The translations under genes were made by a program, and so were the position numbers. Positions 1 through 9,463 of a stretch of DNA of 64,000 bases are shown here, piece after piece (position 1 is the first letter of the stretch; every line of letters starts with the position of its first letter). The stretch is from the IMG/VR virus record IMGVR_UViG_3300024258_000005; one strand, given 5' to 3'. The notes under the pieces were generated by a model that did not search any database, had not been told where the DNA came from, and was given only the letters and a program-made list of their open reading frames with translations. Source of the DNA: a virus.

Positions 1-1318
1 CTGTAAAGAACATTCTATAAACTGCACCTGAATCATCTACAAGATTCTGATTGAAGTTAATACTACCTGCGGCAACGAATGGGAATACACGTTTTACACC
101 TGTATTATCATAGAACTCAAGTCTATTGATATCTGTTGAACTAAAGTCATCAATAAAAACACCTTGAGAAGTTACAAGAGTATCCCCAACAAACTTAAGA
201 AGTGAACTTGCAGTTTTACCAATAACGCTGCCAGCTCCCGCATCAATATCAGAATTTTGTCTTAGAGACCATTCTACGAATTCGTAGATTTCTTCTGCTG
301 AAGGATAAGCTCCATTATTAGCAACATCGGCATCAATAATAACATCGAAATCATATGCACTTGCACCAATAATACGAGACTGTGGAGAAGCATAATACGT
401 AATACTCATATCAGCATAAAGACCAGTATCAGCAGTACCATTAGTATCAGCATCAATTTCAGTATCGACGTGAGTAATTTTCAGGTCATCTGCATTCGCT
501 AGTGGAAAACGATAAGCTTGGTATGTAAAAGTTGCAACCCCGATATCCCCAAGTTCTGACTGAGCGTAAAGTTTTGCTTGCTCACGAACAAAGATTTTGT
601 AATATTGACGTGCATCCGCAACTATCTCGATATTAGCCCCTGCTGCCTCATCTGTTAGTGTTCCTGATTCTTCAACAACCATTGATAAATAATCTGGTGA
701 AATACTTAAAATTGTATACGTACTATTATTTGACACTGAACCAGTTACTGTAATAACTTCACCTGGAGCGAAAGTTGTTATGGGTACAGTACTTGAAATT
801 GTATCAGAAGCATTATCAAAAGATATTGTGTTTCCTGAAGAATTTCCATAAACTTTAACACACTGATTAACTGCTCCTGGTAATACAACATTTGTTGCAT
901 GTCCTGAACTAGTTTGTTGAAAGTAAACCTGATCGGCTCCACCAATAGAACCTAGTGTAATAATTCCTGCGAATTCTGAACTAGATGTACCATCTGCATT
1001 TTTAACTGCGAATCCACCATCACGGAATAAGTTTACAGTTTCAATGTTAGCTGGTTGCCAAGTATCAACGAATTCGAATTGTTCTGGTGTAATTGCAACC
1101 ATTGGGAACGGGAACTTGATAAGATTTGGATCTGTTTTCCACTCTTCTTTTAAATAAGAATAGAATGCTTGAATAGAAACACCATCAGCTGAAAGTGAGC
1201 CAAAGATATCAGTACTAATAGAGAAAGTAGCTGTATCAATCCAAATATTACCATCAATACCTAATTGTGGTAAAGTTGTACTACGAACCAGTAAGTCTGG
1301 GTCTATAATTTTTGCCAT
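1..1318 (-). CDS. Probable virion structural protein (partial, runs off the window start)
   Basis: Not in the ORF track. Translated by hand from ATG at 1318 with an AAGGA RBS: MAKIIDPDLL...YSYLKEEWKTDPNLIKFPFPM...; the frame was open in the stretches checked, including bases 2-120 (GVKRVFPFVAAGSINFNQNL). Product is inferred from composition and the upstream TAACAAATA motif. Confidence 0.75.
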   Translation of the reverse strand, partial: MAKIIDPDLLVRSTTLPQLGIDGNIWIDTATFSISTDIFGSLSADGVSIQAFYSYLKEEWKTDPNLIKFPFPMVAITPEQFEFVDTWQPANIETVNLFRDGGFAVKNADGTSSSEFAGIITLGSIGGADQVYFQQTSSGHATNVVLPGAVNQCVKVYGNSSGNTISFDNASDTISSTVPITTFAPGEVITVTGSVSNNSTYTILSISPDYLSMVVEESGTLTDEAAGANIEIVADARQYYKIFVREQAKLYAQSELGDIGVATFTYQAYRFPLANADDLKITHVDTEIDADTNGTADTGLYADMSITYYASPQSRIIGASAYDFDVIIDADVANNGAYPSAEEIYEFVEWSLRQNSDIDAGAGSVIGKTASSLLKFVGDTLVTSQGVFIDDFSSTDINRLEFYDNTGVKRVFPFVAAGSINFNQNLVDDSGAVYRMFFT

Positions 1319-1384
1319 AATTTTGTCCTTTTTATTTTATGCATAAAATAATAAATAATTTACAAGAGAATTTCTCTCTATGAT

Positions 1385-1393
1385 TATTTGTTA
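1385..1393 (-). promoter_or_regulatory. TAACAAATA motif (candidate late promoter)
   Basis: Exact motif in intergenic DNA, 67 nt upstream of the ATG at 1318. Confidence 0.5.
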
Positions 1394-1489
1394 TAGGCAT
1401 AGAATATCCTAAGCGCGGAATCGGCGAAAATTAAAATGTTTTAGCGCTGTAATGTTGTGCATTAGAAATGCTTTGATTCCTTGTATAAT

Positions 1490-2272
1490 TCATAATGACT
1501 CATTATAATCATTAAATGCTTGTAGTAAAGCATGTTCATGATCTTTAAGAGTAGCACAAAGATCTTTATCAAGACATGCACTAAAATCATCCGCATTTTT
1601 AGTTAAACTTTGACCATATCCTCTATAACCATTGTGTGAAATATTTTCTTGATTAGGAGTAGGTATGTTTTTCATCATAGAAGACATCTTTAATGAGTTA
1701 CCTGTTATATCTTGAATCATTTCCCAGAATAGAACTTTACTTGCTAGAAGAATATTTCTTGTATATTTAAAATCAATAGCTTCTTTCATTGAACAATGTT
1801 CAAATTTTAATCCTTCTACTCTTGTGTTGTATTTAAAATTCGTTTTATAAAATTCTTCTACAAGCTTAGTATTAATAATATTACCACCGAGTACAAAATA
1901 ATTTTGATTATAGAAATCTTCATTAGCTGAACGTTGATTTAAAAATTCAGGAGACATTACTATATTTAATTTGTCTGTGTACTGTAATATGTTTGAATAA
2001 AGGACAGTACTTTTTATTATAACAGTTCCCATAAATTCTCTATCTTCTAATGCATCAAGTACTCTATGTAATACCATAGGATTTTGATCACCACTAGAAA
2101 GCATAGGTGTATTAACACATACAATAACTATACTATCTTTACTATTCATGATAGGAGTTTCTTTTGAAAATATTTCAGTACTTTCATCAAATACTTCAAT
2201 TCCTTTACCTATATAACTATTATACAATGCTCCACCAACAACACCTAAACCTATAAGTGTATGATTAAACAT
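1490..2272 (-). CDS. UDP-glucose/GDP-mannose dehydrogenase family protein (short, lacks C-terminal domain)
   Basis: GLGVVG Rossmann motif, CVNTP, IKSTV, SPEFL and catalytic-type ACLDKD. Confidence 0.85.
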   Translation of the reverse strand: MFNHTLIGLGVVGGALYNSYIGKGIEVFDESTEIFSKETPIMNSKDSIVIVCVNTPMLSSGDQNPMVLHRVLDALEDREFMGTVIIKSTVLYSNILQYTDKLNIVMSPEFLNQRSANEDFYNQNYFVLGGNIINTKLVEEFYKTNFKYNTRVEGLKFEHCSMKEAIDFKYTRNILLASKVLFWEMIQDITGNSLKMSSMMKNIPTPNQENISHNGYRGYGQSLTKNADDFSACLDKDLCATLKDHEHALLQAFNDYNESL

Positions 2273-3290
2273 CTTCGGCCTCGTCTTCTAAAGCAATCTC
2301 AGCATCCTCAATTTCTTCTTCTTCACCTTTAATATTATAAAGTATATCATCTAAAGAAATATTTTCCACTTCCATATCAAGAAGTAATTCATTATCCATT
2401 TTAAGGACTCTGTTTTTTAAAGCATTTGATTCTTTATAATCTTCACTCTGTTCAATAACAGAGTTAGATTCAAATATTTGAATTATCTTCTCTGCTAAAA
2501 TAGTTGCATAGCAAACATTATAAACATTTCCAATATTAAAATCACCAAGATTAAAAGGAGAATTCTCTCTTTCAAGCATTAAGTGAATACCAATAGGTAC
2601 TATATAATCAATAGCTTCTCTTATATCACAATAGCTTCTTACACCATCTTCTAATATAATTAAAGGTTCATTTTTTAAAGCAGCTTCTATAAATGTAGGA
2701 ACTACCATACCTTTTGTTGTTTGACCTTTACCAATAACATTGAAAAATCTAATAATAGCACTAGGATATGTTCCAGTACCAAAAAGAAATTCCCCATGTA
2801 CTTTAGCAGCAGCATATGACCAACGAGGAGAATCTTCAAGCTTCTTAATTTTATAAATTGATTCATCATCAATTGTTCCAGAACCATGAACTTCACTAGA
2901 AGAACTATATACTACTGGAATATTAAATTTCTCACAAACTTCATCTACAAACATATTAATCTTTGTAGCTTCTCTTAATGTTTCACCTGAGTTATTAGTA
3001 ATTGTTTTAACTCCAACTGGACTAGCAAGGTGATAAATTAAACTGACATCTTTAAATGTATCTAATTGTCTATATAAACGTTCATCACTAAAATCCATAG
3101 TAAATAATTCTAATCTTTCTTCTAATTCTTTAATTTCATCACCAACACAAGAATCCCGAAAATCTTTAAGTACTTGACTAGGTTCTAGCATCTTATCGCC
3201 ACCAATTACATGATAGCCTTTTTTAAATAAATCAATTGCTAAATGGCTTCCTATGAATCCACTAGCACCTGTTATAAATATCTTTTTCAT
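2265..3290 (-). CDS. NAD-dependent epimerase/dehydratase, UDP-glucuronate decarboxylase-like (extended SDR)
   Basis: ITGASGFIG, SSSEV, RWSYAAAK (YxxxK), RFFNVIG. Confidence 0.9.
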   Translation of the reverse strand: MKKIFITGASGFIGSHLAIDLFKKGYHVIGGDKMLEPSQVLKDFRDSCVGDEIKELEERLELFTMDFSDERLYRQLDTFKDVSLIYHLASPVGVKTITNNSGETLREATKINMFVDEVCEKFNIPVVYSSSSEVHGSGTIDDESIYKIKKLEDSPRWSYAAAKVHGEFLFGTGTYPSAIIRFFNVIGKGQTTKGMVVPTFIEAALKNEPLIILEDGVRSYCDIREAIDYIVPIGIHLMLERENSPFNLGDFNIGNVYNVCYATILAEKIIQIFESNSVIEQSEDYKESNALKNRVLKMDNELLLDMEVENISLDDILYNIKGEEEEIEDAEIALEDEAEDV

Positions 3291-3291
3291 A

Positions 3292-4089
3292 TTACACCTT
3301 CTTTATATATTGTAAAACACTTGAACCTCTAGTTTGAAAAGAATGTCCTATTGCCATAATTTTAATAGGACATTCTTCTTCATTAATAACTTCTTCAATT
3401 ACTTCCCCTAGCTCGTTAAACACCTTAAACACCACATCACCTGGTTGAACAATATCATTTATATCTTTAATGAAATCAATAAATCCTGTTTCTAATGTAT
3501 GCAAACTTTGTAGCTTCTGCTCATCAACTATCATAGAATCTGGAAATTTTTGTATAGCATCAACCAATGAAATAATATCACCTGTTGCTATTTTTAATTC
3601 TTTTGAATTATTTAAAGTACTCATACCTGAAAATTCATATGTAATACCAATTTTACCAATTTGATTAGTATAATCTTTTATTGTTCCACCTACTGAATAT
3701 CTAGAAGCATATTCAACACCAGCACTTTTACATAAGCTTTGAATTGTATAATCTTTTGATATATCAACTAAACAAAAATTAGCACATCTATGTGAGTTAT
3801 GAATATCTATAACAACATCATATTCATCAATCAATTCTTTAATCTTTGTTGTTACCTTACCATGTGTTTCAATTTCGTCTTTGAAGCTTCTATTTAAATC
3901 ATATGATGAATTTGAGGGTTGAACTTCTCTTTCATTGCAAATTAGACCTGATTCATTTAAAAAAGGAATCACTTTTATATCTGGATCATTATAATATTTC
4001 TTTAGTTTAATGCCCAGTTGTACAGCGCTCATTTCATTACCATGAGTTCCTGAGAGTATTAATATTTTTATATTTTTCATATTTTTCAT
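3292..4089 (-). CDS. Succinylglutamate desuccinylase/aspartoacylase (M14) family deacylase
   Basis: GTHGNE, DLNRSF, DIHNS and ITYE zinc-carboxypeptidase-fold motifs. Confidence 0.85.
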   Translation of the reverse strand: MKNMKNIKILILSGTHGNEMSAVQLGIKLKKYYNDPDIKVIPFLNESGLICNEREVQPSNSSYDLNRSFKDEIETHGKVTTKIKELIDEYDVVIDIHNSHRCANFCLVDISKDYTIQSLCKSAGVEYASRYSVGGTIKDYTNQIGKIGITYEFSGMSTLNNSKELKIATGDIISLVDAIQKFPDSMIVDEQKLQSLHTLETGFIDFIKDINDIVQPGDVVFKVFNELGEVIEEVINEEECPIKIMAIGHSFQTRGSSVLQYIKKV

Positions 4090-4097
4090 ATTTATAA

Positions 4098-4226
4098 TTA
4101 TCCTATTTTTATTCTATTTTTGAATTGAGTTGTTATTGAATCACTATCTATTGGATGAATTCCTTCACCCATAGCTAAACCGGTGCCTAATGCTCTTAAA
4201 AAAACTCTTCTATTTACTGTTCCCAT
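4098..4226 (-). CDS. 42-aa micro-ORF with a twin-arginine-like motif
   Basis: MGTVNRRVFLRALGTGLAMG...; AAGGA RBS, TAAATG coupling to the upstream stop, fills the gap exactly. Confidence 0.6.
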   Translation of the reverse strand: MGTVNRRVFLRALGTGLAMGEGIHPIDSDSITTQFKNRIKIG

Positions 4227-4943
4227 TTATATTCCTTTTTTAAATTGTACTGCCATTCTATAAGCATCATCTAATGTTTTAGCTGTCCAACAACCTTCTC
4301 CATACTCATCAGGATACATCGTCCAAATAGCATGATTCAAAGGTTCTCTTCCAATCTGTTCACCTTTAAAATTAGTTTGTATGTTTAAAATAAAACCTAA
4401 TCTACCTGAGCTTAATTGAGCAACTGTTGAAATTGCTTCTGTTAGACCTTCTGATAATTCATTTACTAACTCTCCTGCATCTGAGGGTATGGTGTCTAAG
4501 GTGTTTAAGGATTCGTCAGGGTTTTGAACATCTCTTTCAATTGAAAGTAATGTTTTATTCCAGTTTGGTTCTTCTGATTCTTCCATCCAATAATTAGTGG
4601 TCTTCTTTTCAAAGTCTTCTTTTGATATTGGATTATATGCAATATCACCTTCTTTAACTTCTGACCCAATTCCAAAACCAAATATTGCTCTATGACTCCA
4701 ACTATACCATTTTTGATTAGCTTCTGAGAATCCAATCGAATTGCTAAAAGTATCAATTTTGTAATCTAAAAGAAATTTAAATTCAAGCATTACCTCTGGG
4801 ACTTCATTAACTAGATATTCTTTTGAGATTTTATGAATCCAGCATTTACCAAAATCCATGCCATTTGAATTATATTGAATTAATTCAAAACCATTCTTAG
4901 CAAATAATTCCTCTAGTTTAACTAAATTTTTCTTACGTCCCAT
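4227..4943 (-). CDS. Hypothetical phage protein
   Basis: 238-aa ORF with RBS; WYSWSHRAIFGFGIG and WTAKTLDDA segments; no function assignable. Confidence 0.8.
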   Translation of the reverse strand: MGRKKNLVKLEELFAKNGFELIQYNSNGMDFGKCWIHKISKEYLVNEVPEVMLEFKFLLDYKIDTFSNSIGFSEANQKWYSWSHRAIFGFGIGSEVKEGDIAYNPISKEDFEKKTTNYWMEESEEPNWNKTLLSIERDVQNPDESLNTLDTIPSDAGELVNELSEGLTEAISTVAQLSSGRLGFILNIQTNFKGEQIGREPLNHAIWTMYPDEYGEGCWTAKTLDDAYRMAVQFKKGI

Positions 4944-4959
4944 AGATAATCCTTTCTAT

Positions 4960-5120
4960 ATTATTTCTATAGTAAAAATTTAGTTATCTTTATAGATATC
5001 TAAATTTTTCTATCTTTTAGGGTAATTGAGAAATTTACCATAGAAATTTCGTAATTTCTATATTAGATTTTCGATCTATAAAGATCGCAGTTTTTTTATG
5101 AAATGATCTTTAAAGATCGA
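4960..5120. promoter_or_regulatory. Intergenic motif block A (TTACCATAGAAAT, TTACCCTAAAAGATA, GATCTTTAAAGATC)
   Basis: Shares exact 13-15-bp words with blocks at about 21.3, 39.7 and 54.8 kb. Confidence 0.6.
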
Positions 5121-5123
5121 AAG

Positions 5124-5157
5124 ACAAGAGTTACTCAAAGACTTTGAGTCTTTGAGC
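5124..5157 (-). terminator. Hairpin terminator with TCTTGT tail
   Basis: 10-bp stem 5133-5142/5148-5157 just after the DegT stop, followed by aacTCTTGT on the minus strand. Confidence 0.65.
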
Positions 5158-5166
5158 TTAATTCTT

Positions 5167-5784
5167 CTAATTATAATTAATTTTGCTTATGTCTGGATAA
5201 TCTTCTGATGATCCAATTATGAAATCTTTAGTCTTTAATTGGTTTAAAATTAAAATACCTTTTGCTGCCTCATCTGGGGACATATACATATGATATCCCA
5301 TTATGATATTTTTTAAATCTTCTGAAGTTGTTACAGAGGAATCTCTACCATCATGAGTCATTCTTTTGAGCATTAAATAATCATTATAATTATCTAATAG
5401 AATTGCTCCACCTTTACCTATGTTTAATGTCTTCTTTTGTTGAAAACTTAAACATTGATATTGACTAGCAATATACATATTCTCTTTGAATCCAACAGCA
5501 CAATCATATATATCATATCCTAAGTTATATTTTTCTTCCCAAGTATAATCTACATAATCAAAATTAATTTGGTTATGTAAAAGCATTTGAGGAACACTAA
5601 GGTATGTTTTATTTGGAACAAAAAGCTTTGATGTACTTGTAAGTTCTTTTTTAAGTCTAAGTAACATTAAACATAAAAAGATTGCGTTTGTACATGAACT
5701 AGTTAGTACTACATAAGGAGCACATGTAAACGCTTGAAGTCTTTTTTCGAACATATCATTAAAATCATTATTGTTATTTATCAT
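5167..5784 (-). CDS. DegT/DnrJ/EryC1/StrS PLP-dependent sugar aminotransferase (short, 205 aa)
   Basis: SSCTNAIFLCL, YDCA, LSFQQKK (PLP lysine), GKGGAIL, GRD, MGYHMYM. Confidence 0.85.
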   Translation of the reverse strand: MINNNNDFNDMFEKRLQAFTCAPYVVLTSSCTNAIFLCLMLLRLKKELTSTSKLFVPNKTYLSVPQMLLHNQINFDYVDYTWEEKYNLGYDIYDCAVGFKENMYIASQYQCLSFQQKKTLNIGKGGAILLDNYNDYLMLKRMTHDGRDSSVTTSEDLKNIIMGYHMYMSPDEAAKGILILNQLKTKDFIIGSSEDYPDISKINYN

Positions 5785-5785
5785 A

Positions 5786-6610
5786 TTATCCTCTGGTTCG
5801 TTTATTAAATTCTATTTTTTGTCTAATTTTCGTTTTAGCCCATTCATCTGTTTCTTCTACAAATAAATGTTCATGCCAAAAGATAACTTCTTTAAGTTGT
5901 TCATCACTGAACTCACTAACAGGAGAATAACCTTCTCCTAGTTGATAATGCTTGATTGTTTTCATTTCAAGTCTCTTATTATTCAACATTTTATCTGCAA
6001 CGTACTCTTCTAAGAAGAATAAACTAGCATCTTGATCTAACCAATCTTGCTCATGTTCATAACTTTTATCAAAATAAAGCTTACTGAATTCATCACAAAA
6101 TATAGTATAAAACTTAGAACTAGGTGGAGATATAGTGAATCCTGTATCTAATGGATTCTCCCATTTATCTAAATTTCGTTGACTTAAAGAACTAACATCA
6201 TCATATTGTCCTACATAAACATTACCATCAAAATATCTTTCTGGAATAGGTTTAATAATATTCATATCTAAATCAATATGTATCAATGTATCATTAAAAT
6301 ACCATTCTTCTAAAATTTTACCCACAAATGGAATCAAAAAGAAACCATATTCAAGTTGTTCAGATACAGGTAAATAATTTTCAACATAAGTAACATTAAG
6401 TTCTTTTAGTTTCAAGATAGTATCTGCACTTGGTAAATTCTTAGTTGGAGCATAACATATAATATCTACATCTTTTAAACTTCCAGCATTTTGTCTCCAT
6501 TGTTGAAAACATTTAATAGCTTCTTGTTCATACATTCTAGGAACTTTAACATTCCCAGAGTTGTTATTTATATTATTGTTATCACCTTCTATAACAGTGA
6601 ATAGTATCAT
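5786..6610 (-). CDS. Putative GT-A glycosyltransferase
   Basis: IHIDLDM DxD motif after a Rossmann-like N-terminus; sugar-pathway context. Confidence 0.5.
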   Translation of the reverse strand: MILFTVIEGDNNNINNNSGNVKVPRMYEQEAIKCFQQWRQNAGSLKDVDIICYAPTKNLPSADTILKLKELNVTYVENYLPVSEQLEYGFFLIPFVGKILEEWYFNDTLIHIDLDMNIIKPIPERYFDGNVYVGQYDDVSSLSQRNLDKWENPLDTGFTISPPSSKFYTIFCDEFSKLYFDKSYEHEQDWLDQDASLFFLEEYVADKMLNNKRLEMKTIKHYQLGEGYSPVSEFSDEQLKEVIFWHEHLFVEETDEWAKTKIRQKIEFNKRTRG

Positions 6611-7503
6611 TAGAAACCTTCAATACTAAATATATCTTGTAGTTTAGCTACGGGTGTAGGTTTGATATATCTCAATTCATATCCTAAAAGACCGTTTGAT
6701 TTACTAGGTCTAATATCTCTTAGATGCTTGAACTTATCTTTAGTTTGAACTAAATGATTAAGACTTGTTGGTTTATCTAAATCTAAAATATACTCAACAT
6801 GTTTACCTTTAAAGTCATCAGGAAGAAACATAAAATTTAAACTCTTAGCAAATATACAATAATCAAAGCTTTGACCCCAAACTAATTTACCATTTGGTCT
6901 TATTCTAAGTTTGTGTAAACTTAAATTTGGAACTAATATATCATCTTTGAGATCTGTCATTATTTGTGTAAGTTGATCAGAGTATTGATCAATACTATCA
7001 AGATCTTCATCTATAGTTGGCAGACTAGTAGTGTCTTCCATTACTATAAAACTTTTAGTTTCAAGGTAGTATTTACTCATCCATGAGTATTTTTGAGTAG
7101 TAGTTGCTTTGTATAAAGCTTTTATTATATCTTCTAATGACATATTAACTTTGAACTTATCAGCAGCTGGACCAATTTTTGCAAAGGTCTCATGGACTGT
7201 ACTTACATCATAATTATAATATTCTTCAATATAAGCATTTACTTTGTCTTTGATAAATAATTTATAATCCGTTCCACCAACAGTAAGTTTAATAATATAG
7301 AGTTTCTCCATACTTTCGTCCATACTTTGATTGATATTATTATTGTCAATTGTTGTGAATAAAATAAGTTTATAATTACCAAGTGTTTCAACTATTTCAT
7401 CATCTAATTGTGTTTTATATTTATCTAATATATGTTTTTTATATATTATACATGCAGCTTTCTTTTCAACAAGTGTTCTATTTTTTAATTTTTTACGTGC
7501 CAT
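6610..7503 (-). CDS. Hypothetical protein
   Basis: 297-aa ORF overlapping both neighbours; only a faint kinase-like IVME segment. Confidence 0.7.
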   Translation of the reverse strand: MARKKLKNRTLVEKKAACIIYKKHILDKYKTQLDDEIVETLGNYKLILFTTIDNNNINQSMDESMEKLYIIKLTVGGTDYKLFIKDKVNAYIEEYYNYDVSTVHETFAKIGPAADKFKVNMSLEDIIKALYKATTTQKYSWMSKYYLETKSFIVMEDTTSLPTIDEDLDSIDQYSDQLTQIMTDLKDDILVPNLSLHKLRIRPNGKLVWGQSFDYCIFAKSLNFMFLPDDFKGKHVEYILDLDKPTSLNHLVQTKDKFKHLRDIRPSKSNGLLGYELRYIKPTPVAKLQDIFSIEGF

Positions 7504-8530
7504 TACTTCTCCTTAAATCTAAAGTACTGCAGTGTATTCCACCACCAAAGATTTCACAGTTATCTAATTCAATAGGTACTACTGTAAATCCATTTTGCTC
7601 AAGTACTTTTATAGTACCATAAGCTTCTTTATTAACTAGAACAGTATCATGACTAACACTTAGAACATTAATATCCATTCCTAAAGAGCTAGCGAGTTGT
7701 CCATCTAAATTGATTTTGTTTGATACATCTCTAACTTGATATTGTTCAGGTACTAATATTCGATAATTCTTTAACCATGGAATCTGTTTTAATAAAGCAT
7801 CTTTGTACTTAGGATTCACAAGAAAAGTATTTGAATTTAACTGAACAATAGCTCCATCAATATGATTATCAACTACACTAATTTCAAAGAATTCTTTATT
7901 TGGAAAGAATTTCTTTATCCAAAGATAACCTAAGTAATGGTTATAACTTGATATGTTAACAACTATCTTATCATGAACTCTTAAGAATTGGGCACCGTCA
8001 ATAGCCATCGTATAACCGCTCATATCTCGCGTATAATCTCTTTTAAGATCCCAGGCATCCAAATCTATAGTATCCTCGGTTATTATTGTTTTAGGCGCTG
8101 TAATCCATTGAGTATCTTGTTTAGCAAATATATCATACAATGCTTGGTTCTCAAAATATCTACCAGTTACATATGTAGGAGTCTCAATAATAATATCATC
8201 TATTACTATTGATAAATCTCTAACATTACTAGCACTTGATAATTCACTTTTAAATTGTGGTGTAACAACTTGTTGAACTTTGTCTACAATAGTCGGACGA
8301 TACACCTTAACTCCGAGTTTTTCTATAGTACTAGATAAATTATCTAAATCATAAATTCTCTTTTGTAATATATCTTTGTTAATGTGGTAGACGTCTTGTT
8401 CGTAAACTGAGTGATTTAAATTTGTTTTATAAAAATGTTTAAAAGTAAAATCTATACTTCTATCATTTAATTCAAGCTCTCTACCAACAATAACCTCATG
8501 TAATTTTGAGTATCCATTATCTGATCCCAT
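7493..8530 (-). CDS. Amidinotransferase (glycine/inosamine-phosphate amidinotransferase family)
   Basis: SKLHEVIVG, IDGAQF (Asp), NHIDG (His), GGGIHCSTLDLRR (Cys): full catalytic triad. Confidence 0.9.
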   Translation of the reverse strand: MGSDNGYSKLHEVIVGRELELNDRSIDFTFKHFYKTNLNHSVYEQDVYHINKDILQKRIYDLDNLSSTIEKLGVKVYRPTIVDKVQQVVTPQFKSELSSASNVRDLSIVIDDIIIETPTYVTGRYFENQALYDIFAKQDTQWITAPKTIITEDTIDLDAWDLKRDYTRDMSGYTMAIDGAQFLRVHDKIVVNISSYNHYLGYLWIKKFFPNKEFFEISVVDNHIDGAIVQLNSNTFLVNPKYKDALLKQIPWLKNYRILVPEQYQVRDVSNKINLDGQLASSLGMDINVLSVSHDTVLVNKEAYGTIKVLEQNGFTVVPIELDNCEIFGGGIHCSTLDLRRSNGT

Positions 8531-8539
8531 TTAATTCCT

Positions 8540-9463
8540 TTATAATAATTCACAACCCTTAGATCGTAGAATATTTCTAATATTCTTTTCACAGAACTTA
8601 CAGCAATCATATTCAAAATCTAATATCTTACCATAATCTTGATCCCATATATTAATACCAGATTCTTCTAGCCATATATAACAAGGGTAAATATTTCCGG
8701 ATTGATCTATATGTATTGATCCATCTTCGAATGAAGTACAATGCATTGTTTTAGACTTGCGTTCTAATTTAGTCTTATTAATTAGTTGATTAGTATAATT
8801 AATTGCGGTCTGATAAAATTTAAGATCTTCGTTGTGAATAGGAAGTTTCTCTAGATTATAATCATCAACATATGTTGAATGATCTCTTGTGAAATAAGTT
8901 TTAGTGTAATTAACATTGTTAAATGTTTCGATCATCTCACGCATTTTTGTACTATTAAGATCTTCTTTATTATATGCAAATAATATATGTTGAATATAAT
9001 CATTCTTATTAATATTCTTGAATGCAGCTGCATTAGCTAAAAGATTATCTAATGAACAATTAACTCTATATGTTTCATGTAATTCTTGTGTGCTTCCACA
9101 TACAGAAAAATATACAGAATCACCTTCTTTTAATAATTTACCTAACTTATACCACCATTCAGGATTATGAGTATCTCCATTAGTACATATCTCTATGTCT
9201 AAATTTAAATTATGTAACTCTTTTATCAAATGAAATATTTCTTTATATAATGTTGGTTCACTTGTTGCACCAACCAAATTAATCTTATTCAAATTAGGAA
9301 ATAGTTTAATCTGTTCAATAATATCTTCTACTGATCTCTCATTATAAAATATCTTACCAGCTTCATTAAGTGTTTTATAATTTCTTGCACATAAAGGACA
9401 ATTTAGATTACATGTTCCGGTTAGATCAAATTCAATCATATTTACTTTACTTCTATCTAACAT
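8540..9463 (-). CDS. Radical SAM protein, paralog group I, with C-terminal Cys motifs (twitch/SPASM-like)
   Basis: CNLNCPLC, SEPT, TNG, then C...GNIYPC...CCKFC. Confidence 0.85.
   Translation of the reverse strand: MLDRSKVNMIEFDLTGTCNLNCPLCARNYKTLNEAGKIFYNERSVEDIIEQIKLFPNLNKINLVGATSEPTLYKEIFHLIKELHNLNLDIEICTNGDTHNPEWWYKLGKLLKEGDSVYFSVCGSTQELHETYRVNCSLDNLLANAAAFKNINKNDYIQHILFAYNKEDLNSTKMREMIETFNNVNYTKTYFTRDHSTYVDDYNLEKLPIHNEDLKFYQTAINYTNQLINKTKLERKSKTMHCTSFEDGSIHIDQSGNIYPCYIWLEESGINIWDQDYGKILDFEYDCCKFCEKNIRNILRSKGCELL

Noticed and set aside
1362-1377. Eighth hairpin-TCTTGT terminator upstream of the ATG at 1318
   Set aside because: The stem is only 5 bp (AGAGA/TCTCT), overlaps the hexamer and lies downstream of the promoter-like box; too weak to call.
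6610-7503. Aminoglycoside/choline-kinase-like call for the ORF beside the amidinotransferase
   Set aside because: Only a faint IVME segment is present; the HxDxxxxN and DxE/DFG catalytic motifs are not recognisable.
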